Assembly: GCA_000004985.1 (NCBI GenBank)
Contig: GG738918.1
DNA: 64,000 nt
From: Naegleria gruberi
Taxonomy: Eukaryota
Direction: 5' to 3' (one strand)
The number at the start of each line of letters is the position of its first letter. Positions within the stretch are counted from its first letter, which is position 1. A program made the translations under genes and the position numbers. A model generated the notes under the pieces. That model saw only the letters and a program-made list of their open reading frames with translations. It searched no databases and had not been told where the DNA came from. Below, in pieces: positions 56,216 through 64,000 of the stretch.

Positions 56216-56338
56216 ACCTGCTATTCTTATGTGATCAACTCTTCTACAATTTGGTCCATATGATCAGAGAGAGTGCATGATTATTGTAGTTACAACATAA
56301 GATTCTGAACTTAATAAAAAAGAAAGAGATAAATTATT

Positions 56339-57280
56339 TTAATGTATTAGTGCTTCATCTTCAAAATCAATCAATTGAATACAAATGGTTGGTTCAAGAT
56401 CTGAAAGTTGTACATTTTTCTTCACTCCATGCAAACCCAATCGTACTGAATGGTAAAAATTGCCTGGAAGTGAAGTTTCCCTTGATTTTGAAGTGGCAAC
56501 GAACACAGAATTTTCATTTGAATTCATTGCCATTTCCTCTCTTTTCAACATTGTTTTAATTTCCTTAACAGTCGATTCAAGCTTGCTCGATTTGTTGAAC
56601 CAAGTGGAAAATAATTGTCTATAGATGGCAGTGCATGGTTTTTGAATCTGATTCTTGACATGGTGGTATTGCATCATTGTAAAGAGGGAAGCTCTAGTTG
56701 GTTGTTGGTAATACGAAATGTCAGTATCAAAGCAGAATTTCTTCTTTTCATTATTCCACTTGAGAGTGATGGTGTAGACTGTATGTTGATATTTACATGG
56801 TGATTTACAATAAGATCTATTCAATTCTGATTCTATAGAGTCAGTGGTAGACCCAGAGCTTGAATTGTGACTAGTTTCGAATAGAAAATCTTCATTGTGT
56901 TGAGGCGATATCGAACCAATCGAATCGTCCACATTCCACAACGTGGTCATTCCACAATTTCTCTGCACAATCTCCTCCTGTATATCCTCAAACGATGAAG
57001 ATCTCGAAGAGGACTTTGAGTTGACCACCGGAGTATTCATTAAGGAACAACTCCTACCAACTCCTTCATTCATATTCAAAATTGCATGATTCATTGTGAA
57101 TTGAAACTGTTCCTCTCCATCCAACCTCATCATGTTTAAATTCTCTTCATGTTGACCATTCGATAATATTTGATTTTGTAAATTTCCCGCCACCACAGAT
57201 GAACCCGAATAGGAAGAGGAAACATTGTAAATTCTATTCATTGTCCCCGAGTGCTGGTAATCGCTTGATTTACGTTTCAT
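56339..57280 (-). CDS. Hypothetical protein (~313 aa), Ser-rich N-half
   Basis: ORF with the first true ATG at 57280 (MKRKSSDYQHSG...). C-terminal globular part TVYTITLKWNNEKKKFCFDTDISYYQQP.... No family assigned. Confidence 0.45.
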   Translation of the reverse strand: MKRKSSDYQHSGTMNRIYNVSSSYSGSSVVAGNLQNQILSNGQHEENLNMMRLDGEEQFQFTMNHAILNMNEGVGRSCSLMNTPVVNSKSSSRSSSFEDIQEEIVQRNCGMTTLWNVDDSIGSISPQHNEDFLFETSHNSSSGSTTDSIESELNRSYCKSPCKYQHTVYTITLKWNNEKKKFCFDTDISYYQQPTRASLFTMMQYHHVKNQIQKPCTAIYRQLFSTWFNKSSKLESTVKEIKTMLKREEMAMNSNENSVFVATSKSRETSLPGNFYHSVRLGLHGVKKNVQLSDLEPTICIQLIDFEDEALIH

Positions 57281-57873
57281 TTGAGAGTGAGTTTGAGTTT
57301 GGCGCTTTTCTAGCCGTAGATTTTCAGTCCTTTTTTTCAGGTTGAAAAAAGATAAAAATAGGTGAAAGCGGGAAGATTTTATTGGATTTTGCAGTGTCAA
57401 CTGTTTGGACTTGTTGGGGATGTGATAACACTTCTTAGAGAACTAATGGTGGCACACGAAGGAACTTGTTAGGAAACTGATTGAAATTATCAAGACGTGC
57501 AATTGTTATTTTCATTTTTATTTTGTCAAGTGTTCTTCTTGTCAATAGTTCATTCAAAAATTCATCATCATCATGAATTTATTAAATTATAATTACCAAT
57601 TCTCGGAGAACATTAAAACTGTAGATAATGAGCAAATAGAGTGAAAATGATTTTTATTAATATCTTTCAAAGAGATGATTCTATTTCACTCTTGAACATG
57701 ATGTGAATTTTAACTTTGAACATGTATCACCATATCTTCATCTTCATCTACCAACTCGTGAATTCATATTAAAAATAGATTTCAAAGATAATTTGCTTCA
57801 AAAATCTTCATCATGATTCGGAAACTATTATTAAACAATAAGAAAAAAACAATTAATAATACACAATAGTAAG

Positions 57874-57945
57874 ATGGAAGCCTCATACACTGTCAAGAGC
57901 ATTGTTGGTACCAGAATTACCTTGCAAATTTTGCAAAAGAAGTAA
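57874..57945 (+). CDS. Micro-ORF / orphan first exon with a ubiquitin-like beta-hairpin motif (MEASYTVKSIVGTRITLQILQKK*), copy 1
   Basis: ATG at 57874, TAA at 57943. The core YTVKSIVGTRITLQI resembles ubiquitin IFVKTLTGKTITLEV. A GTAAAT donor-like site overlaps the stop (AAG AA|GTAAAT). Confidence 0.3.
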   Translation: MEASYTVKSIVGTRITLQILQKK

Positions 57946-58435
57946 ATAGACACACAACTATCATTGATGAAATTTCGGCTTGGAAATATGGATATAACTA
58001 AACATTGTGAAAATGTTGGACTATTTCCACAACGCGTTCATCATCATCATAATCACCTACCTCTCCTGCTGCTGCTTTACTACACCAGGTGAGAAGAGAG
58101 AAACCTATTTCTACAACTACACTCAGTTTGCTATTGCTTTTGGAAAATGTTTTTAATAATGAGTGTGGTAATGTTGTTGAGAATCTTCTCTAGAATACAT
58201 TTGCTTGTAAATATAACAAAATAGTGCATCAATACAAACAACATTTATTTGTTGAATTATTAACCAGTTTTTTCTCTTGATAGAAATATCTTGTTGTGAA
58301 TTCACATGTGTGAAGAATCCTTGTTTGAAAAGTATTGGAATATTTTCAATTCTATATTCCAAAATATTCAATAATTGCTGTAAGGTAAATCGTGACCAAA
58401 TGAAAATTAAGTGATGTTAATTTAAATGTTTCATT

Positions 58436-59587
58436 TCACTTATCCTTCACAATTTCATTGTAACCTATATCAAGTGATGTTAACTGTTTCATTTCACTAA
58501 TGAATTTGACTCCTTCATCACCAATTTGATTTCCACCAATATAAAGTGATTTTAATTGTTTCATTTCACTTATGAATTTGGCTCCTTCAATACCAATTTG
58601 ATTGTTATAAATATTAAGTGATATTAATTGTTTCATTTCACTTATCAATTTGGCTCCTTCATCACCAATTTGATTTCCACCAATTTCAAGTGATGTTAAT
58701 TGTTTCATTTCACTTATTGGTATGACTCCTTCAACACCAATTTCATTTCCACTAATATCAAGTGATGTTAATTGTTTCATTTCATTTATAAATTTGGCTC
58801 CTTCATCACCAATTTGATTGTTATAAATACTAAGTGATTTTAATTGTTTCATTTCACTTATGAATCTGGCTCCTTCGGCGCCAATATGATTGTTATTAAT
58901 ACTAAGTAATGTTAAATGTTTCATTTCACTTATAGATTTGGCTCCTTTATCACCAATTCTATTGTTATTAAAATCAAGTGATGTTAATTGTTTCAGTTCA
59001 CTGATTGATTTTACTCCTTCATCACCAATTCCATTTCCACTAATATCAAGTGATGTTAAATGTTTCATTTCATTTATGAATTTGACTCCTACAACACCAA
59101 TTCGATTGTAACCTATATCAAGTGATGTTAATTGTTTCATTTCACTTATAAATTTGGCTCCTTCATCACCTATTCGATTTTCGCTAATATCAAGTGATTT
59201 TAATTGTTTCATTTCAGTTATGAATTTGACTTGTATAGAGTCAAGCAACCTTCTAGAAAATTTAAGATTAACAATACTATTCATAAATTGGCTTTTCATG
59301 CATAATTCAATCCTTGTTTCTGTAAATTTTTGTTTAAATTTAATAACAAGTTTTGAACGTTCCTTGATCACATTAAAGAATTGTTTTGAAATCAAGGAAC
59401 AATTATTCAAAATAAACCACGAATCATCAATCATGGAAATTATTTCAAAACAAACATCATCTGAAAATATTTCTTGTTCAAGCTTGACAACTTTTACTTT
59501 CCCTTCCATGTTAGTATTATTATTATTGATCATGAATAGCTCTTCCGAAATTAGTTGCTTTTCAAAATCTTGTCTTTGTTTACTCAT
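58436..59587 (-). CDS. F-box-like + RNI-type LRR protein (paralog family A)
   Basis: True ATG at 59587 (MSKQRQDFEKQLISEE...). The N-terminal block IFSDDVCFEIISMIDDSWFILNNCSLISKQFFNVIKERSKLVI matches the 36102 gene. About 12 tandem 24-aa LRRs of the form NQIGDEGAKFISEMKQLTSL. Confidence 0.7.
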   Translation of the reverse strand: MSKQRQDFEKQLISEELFMINNNNTNMEGKVKVVKLEQEIFSDDVCFEIISMIDDSWFILNNCSLISKQFFNVIKERSKLVIKFKQKFTETRIELCMKSQFMNSIVNLKFSRRLLDSIQVKFITEMKQLKSLDISENRIGDEGAKFISEMKQLTSLDIGYNRIGVVGVKFINEMKHLTSLDISGNGIGDEGVKSISELKQLTSLDFNNNRIGDKGAKSISEMKHLTLLSINNNHIGAEGARFISEMKQLKSLSIYNNQIGDEGAKFINEMKQLTSLDISGNEIGVEGVIPISEMKQLTSLEIGGNQIGDEGAKLISEMKQLISLNIYNNQIGIEGAKFISEMKQLKSLYIGGNQIGDEGVKFISEMKQLTSLDIGYNEIVKDK

Positions 59588-59681
59588 TTTTTTTGGCAAG
59601 GAGCATTACAATGAAAAAGAAGGAAGTAAATTGATTTAGAAGAGTTATTGAGAATATAAAGATGAGCTATAATAGTATGTA

Positions 59682-60298
59682 TTATTGACTCGATTTCTGA
59701 ACCAATAATGTTTGAATTTGAAGAGTTGTTTCAGATTTTGGAGGTGGAATTGGAAGTGGCTTTCCAACATTTGAATTTCGTCTTGCTTGTTCTATTCCTT
59801 TCGAATCATTATCTGTCTTATTGGCCTCTGCTGATGGATAATTATTTGGTTTTGTTGCATTGGAGAGCCTTCTTGCTGAAGGTGGATTTACAGATGGAGG
59901 AAGTGTCACGCTAGTTGACTGTTGATTACAAAGCTGTAAAATTCCAAGCTGAATTTGTTTCGTTTTCAATTCATCAATTCTGCTTATTAAAGAAAGGCAA
60001 GCTCCCTTCGGAATGCCAATCTCTAACCAATCTTCAATTTTAATATTGAGAATGGAACCTCCATCAAATCTGTGTTTAATAATTACTTTAAATATATTTA
60101 AATACTATTAATTCTAATTGAACAGATTTACTTACCATCAACAACTGATGATTTATCATAACCCGATTCAATAAGCCATTGTCTAAAATTATCAACTGTC
60201 CAATTCTTGAGGCTAATCGAATCAACTTCCATTACAAGATGAGTTGTCTTTACCTTACTCGAGAATATTTTCAAAGAAGGCACATTGAGAATTGGCAT
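59682..60298 (-). CDS. SAM (sterile alpha motif) domain protein, 2 exons (intron 60086..60135)
   Basis: Exon 1 is 60298..60136: MPILNVPSLKIFSSKVKTTHLVMEVDSISLKNWTVDNFRQWLIESGYDKSSVVD|GTAAGT. Exon 2 is 60085..59682: (V)IIKHRFDGGSILNIKIEDWLEIGIPKGACLSLISRIDELK..., then a Pro/Ser-rich tail. The W..V..WL...G / FDG..L..L...DL..LGI..G core is typical of SAM domains. Confidence 0.6.
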
Positions 60299-60440
60299 AT
60301 TTTGTTCTGTGATGATTATTATAATACTCTCATGTTGTTGCTGTTCTTTCTACGGAGGTTTGATGTAGGAGATGACTCGAAAATCTCTTTCAATTCATGT
60401 CATTCAGAAAGGCTTGTTATCATCACTTGATTATAAATTT

Positions 60441-60710
60441 TTATTGGATTCTCTCCTCGATGCTTTTTCGAAACTTGTGGAAGCGTTCCCAGGACATTGA
60501 CTCTCTAGAAACCTTTTCATAGAGTCTCTTGTTGCAATAGATTGTTACCTCATCATTGTGTTCATTCTGAACAAATACCAAACAATCTGCACAATGATGT
60601 TCATCCAATTTATAAGGAACAAAAACGTAGCAGTCGACGTGTCTTCTCAAAAGAATGGCCTTCAAAAATCGAATAGTAACTTGCTCCTCTCCCTTCTTTT
60701 GCTCCTCCAT
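60441..60710 (-). CDS. Small hypothetical protein (~89 aa)
   Basis: The ORF starts at the ATG at 60710 (MEEQKKGEEQVTIRFLKAILLRRHVDCYVFVPYKLDEHHCADCLVFVQNEHNDEVTIYCNKRLYEK...). No family recognised. Confidence 0.3.
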   Translation of the reverse strand: MEEQKKGEEQVTIRFLKAILLRRHVDCYVFVPYKLDEHHCADCLVFVQNEHNDEVTIYCNKRLYEKVSRESMSWERFHKFRKSIEERIQ

Positions 60711-60831
60711 TCTTCTTGCTTGTATTGTATCTAGCTTAATGATCAAAAAATTCCAAAAGGTTCTTACACAGATTGAGTTGAGTAATTTTTTTGTGCTTTA
60801 TTTGTGGCAAATTTTGGCGGCAAACTTTGTC

Positions 60832-61806
60832 TTAATTTGCTTGTTTGGTTGCCTCAATTACAATGGCAGTGCAAACATCGATCGAATTTCTTCCGTATTC
60901 TTTGGCGCCTAATTCCTTTTCATCGAGTCTTAATTTGTGAAAGACAACTTTGGAGAAACCTGCCAATTTGAGTGCCTTCTCATAACTTTGAGGTGAAAAG
61001 TATCGATTTTGAATCTTTACAATGAAATTCTCATTCTGATCGAATTCATTGAAATTCAAATCGATGGAAATTTCGAATTGATCACCATCGATGAGATAGT
61101 TTCGTTCCTTTGAATCTATCATGAAGTTACTTCTGTAAACTCCGAGTTTTTTCTGATCTTGATTGATTTGTGCTTGATTGAGGAAAGGATTCGAATTAAG
61201 GGTGAGGAAAGTTCCACCAGGTTTTAACATTCCAGAAATTGATTTGCACATTTTGCATAATTCTTCATAATCGGATGAGTAGTGGAGTAAGTGGCAAGCA
61301 GTTACGAAATCAAATACTGGACTTTCTTGTTTAGTTTCGTTCTTATTCGAATGTTTGTAATACAGTTTCTTCAATTGCTCATTTTCATTCAATTTAATAA
61401 CATCACCGACTATGAATTCGAGAGGAATTTTCTTTGAAAGAGAGTTTTCCACTTGCTCTTTCGAATTATTAGCCAACTGAATCATATCATTCGAAAGGTC
61501 CACACCAATCACTGATTTAATATGAGATTCGAATTGATTGTACAAAACCCAAGTATCATTTCCAGATCCACAACCCAAATTCAACACCATCAACTTTTCA
61601 GAGTTTCGGTTAGTTTCGTTTCTCTCCTTCTCCACAGTAAATATTCTTTCCCAATGATGAATCATATTTGGGTTGACAATATAGAGACGATGAGGGTGAT
61701 GTCTGTTCTTATCATACTTGTTGGAAATTGATTGGTAGAGTTGAAGTGCTTGCTCGCTCAGATTCATTTTCCTCAATCTTTGTTTTTTTTGAGATTTGTA
61801 TATCAT
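60832..61806 (-). CDS. Class I SAM-dependent methyltransferase
   Basis: Motif I is VLNLGCGSGNDTWVL, followed by an acidic post-I residue (VIGVDLS), and motif III/IV LKPGGTFL. 324 aa with an ATG at 61806. Confidence 0.75.
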   Translation of the reverse strand: MIYKSQKKQRLRKMNLSEQALQLYQSISNKYDKNRHHPHRLYIVNPNMIHHWERIFTVEKERNETNRNSEKLMVLNLGCGSGNDTWVLYNQFESHIKSVIGVDLSNDMIQLANNSKEQVENSLSKKIPLEFIVGDVIKLNENEQLKKLYYKHSNKNETKQESPVFDFVTACHLLHYSSDYEELCKMCKSISGMLKPGGTFLTLNSNPFLNQAQINQDQKKLGVYRSNFMIDSKERNYLIDGDQFEISIDLNFNEFDQNENFIVKIQNRYFSPQSYEKALKLAGFSKVVFHKLRLDEKELGAKEYGRNSIDVCTAIVIEATKQAN

Positions 61807-62411
61807 ATTCGATTGGAAACGAAACTAAACTGAATGTAAATTGAAAGTTGATGATTTCAACGTTTCGAAATGGTTCTTTGCAAATTGTGGCTCATTCTGA
61901 TAAACCAATTCAAGTCCAAAGCAAGTTAGACATTTAAAACATTTAAAAGCAGTTTGATTTCAGATTGCTAGAAACGCGCCATTTTTAAAAAAGAAACCGT
62001 TACACAATTAAAAATCTTCTTCACAAAAAAATTAAGTTAAAAAGCAAATCACTCCTTCGTGAATTGTAGTTAACTGGACCTTCATCAACATACTATACAA
62101 CGATGCATTGGCCAACAATTCCCTAAATTAAACCTTCTCTAAAGAGGCAAATGAGTAAAAACAATAATTTGACCAAATATTCGAAGTCATCACCATTAAC
62201 AACCAATGAACAAGTTGGGAGGCTTCTTTCACGCATCATCATCCAACATTCCATCATGATAGAGAAGAAGAGTTGAGGATTTGTGTGCTATTCTTATTGC
62301 CTCAAGTTGATAAAGACAGAAAACAATCAAAAGATTTCAAGTAAAACAAAAACAAAGAGAAGAACAATAAGAATTTCACCATTTAGTATACAACAGAACA
62401 TAATCAACAAT

Positions 62412-62486
62412 ATGGATACTACATTCTATACAGTCAAGAGCATTGTCGGCACACGTATTACTTTGCAAATTAATTTTAAAAGATAG
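62412..62486 (+). CDS. Micro-ORF with the same ubiquitin-like motif (MDTTFYTVKSIVGTRITLQINFKR*), copy 2
   Basis: The same 15-aa core as copy 1 is encoded with 7 synonymous codon differences and no nonsynonymous ones. Confidence 0.3.
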   Translation: MDTTFYTVKSIVGTRITLQINFKR

Positions 62487-62873
62487 GAAGAATTGTTGTT
62501 GATGATGATGAATTTGTTAATACATATATATGAGACTACATCAGACTACACCAATTCCTATTCTCTGATCAGCTTGCTTATATATTATAGGTAGCTACCT
62601 AGACCTTGTTCATGTATTTTGTAATTTAGAATGATTAATATTATTATTGTATAATAATTGTGTATTATAACCTCATCATCATAGTGAGAGTAAAAGAACA
62701 GAAAGAAGAATAATTATCATCAAACTGGAATGATCTCTTCCTACTTGTAGTGTATACAATAAACTCCACTTTATATGGAGTATTAATCCTCTCTAATTTA
62801 TTATCAATTTAGTCAATCCATTCTCCTCAATATAATCTTCTTCTTATAATATTCGAAAATTTAGAATTACAAT

Positions 62874-64000
62874 TTATTTTGATTGAACCAAAGCTTGTAA
62901 ATATCTTCTCTGGTGTTCCCTAATTGAATACTCTGTAATATCCTTAAAGACAGTCAACAAATTATTCTCATCAAAGGCATTCAACACTCTCACTAACATG
63001 GATGGTCCAGCATTCTCATCATTTGGATCGACACAACATTCTCCTGGATTGAGTAGTAATTGTCGAGTCTTTACACTTGAGGAATACTTATCAACAATGA
63101 ATTGAATGCAATCATCAATGTTCTGTCCATTCTTATCAGAAGGAAAGTCATCAAAGTGAGATGCAAATGATTGGTTGACTAGTTTTTGTTCCAAAACGTC
63201 TTTCTTATTGAAAAGTAGGACGAAAGGAAGTTTGGCAAATGAAGGATTATAGAGCAAGTTCATGAAAATATCGAAACTTTCTTTCCATCTTGGAGTTTCT
63301 CCATCTTCAAAACAATTCGTATCAAATTCTGATAAGGAAACAACAAATAGAATGACATCTGCTGAATTAAATTGGTGAATCCACTTTTTTCTTTCATGTC
63401 TGGATCCTCCCATGTCAATCATTGAGACAGTGACAGCATCTTCAACTCTGTACTTTAATTCTTGTACTCCAAGAGTCTTTTCTCTCAAAAGTAAGACATC
63501 TCTCAATGTTGGAACATAATCATCATTGAAAACTCTATCAAAATTGGTAAAAAAACTAATCAAGGTCAATCAGGAATTATTCAGTTACTGAGATTACTTA
63601 CTATTCTGCGTTATCGTAGACTCTAAATTCATTTCTTCTCTTAAATGACTCTTGAATTCCTTCATCATTCCATAACTTGACAAAAAACTCACAAAATTCC
63701 TTTGAAACTTTACAATTTCCACTCACAGTATACAAACTCTCAACTCCATCCATCTCACTAACTTTATCAGCAAAATCAAAAGCTTTTGCTTTCAATTCTT
63801 CTCCACCTCGAATATCAATTGCTAAATCTTCACTTCCCTCAATGACCCATCTCATATTATGGAGAACATTCTCTCTAATAACTTGAACGAAACCTTTCAA
63901 ATCATTCTCATTGTAAAATGTAGAAACGTCAATGTCAATGAGACTAGTTGATCTCTGAGCAGGTCCTTCACATAGATATTTCATTAGTTTAAAGAGAAGA
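62874..64000 (-). CDS. Divergent heterotrimeric G-protein alpha subunit, 3' part (gene runs off the window end); intron 63556..63601
   Basis: The upstream exon (through 63602) has the helical-domain block FVKLWNDEGIQESFKRRNEFRVYDNAE. Donor is TA|GTAAGT and acceptor GATTAG|T. The downstream exon (63555..62874) reads YFFTNFDRVFNDDYVPTLRDVLLLREKTLGVQELKYRVEDAVTVSMIDMGGSRHERKKWIHQFNSADVILFVVSLSEFD...LLFNKKDVLEQKL. This compares with the G-alpha blocks RVKTTGI, DVGGQRSERKKWIHCFE and FLNKKDLF. Confidence 0.75.

Noticed and set aside
1-64000. Expectation of a novel prokaryotic defence or other multi-gene system
   Set aside because: Every confident gene is a eukaryotic nuclear gene with introns. No operon-like co-oriented cluster of unknown ORFs is present, and no phage/defence hallmark domains (nucleases, ATPases of defence families, RT, TIR, etc.) were seen.

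Overview
This window is eukaryotic nuclear DNA, not prokaryotic. It is strongly AT-rich and gene-dense, with genes on both strands separated by short spacers. Genes carry short spliceosomal introns of about 40-80 nt (GTAAGT/GTATGT donors, YAG acceptors), several of which I reconstructed by hand from the raw sequence. The composition, intron style and lineage-expanded families (F-box-like/RNI-type LRR, DUF4116 repeats, a Sel1 fragment, kinase-like proteins) resemble an AT-rich early-diverging fungus such as a Glomeromycotina-type genome. That taxonomic placement is inference only.

Note that many M residues at the start of proteins in the supplied ORF track are alternative (TTG/GTG) starts; I corrected gene starts to the first true ATG where I could.

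Recognisable genes in this window:
- LCAT-like lipase
- mitochondrial-clan cytochrome P450
- glutathione S-transferase
- PDK/BCKDK-type mitochondrial kinase (4 exons)
- CTNNBL1
- Blm10/PA200 proteasome activator (C-terminal YYA)
- ARID-domain protein
- protein phosphatase 5
- 7TM receptor with a C-terminal RGS domain
- C2 + gelsolin (severin-like) protein
- VPS13 (single 8.2 kb ORF)
- family-III CoA-transferase
- SAM-domain protein
- class-I SAM methyltransferase
- divergent G-alpha subunit that runs off the window end
- solitary 5S rRNA gene with a T5 terminator

There is no CRISPR array, no prokaryotic defence system, and no recognisable transposon.

The most interesting features are:
- a head-to-head inverted duplication of a Cys-rich two-TM protein gene
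- two dispersed ubiquitin-fold-like micro-ORFs that differ only by synonymous changes
- a C2-domain predicted pseudokinase (HRD to HRS)
- a G-alpha lacking the catalytic switch-II Gln
- three paralogous LRR genes built from near-identical 72-nt repeats, one of them frameshifted
- orphan fragments of a dynein heavy chain stalk and of a histone H3 tail
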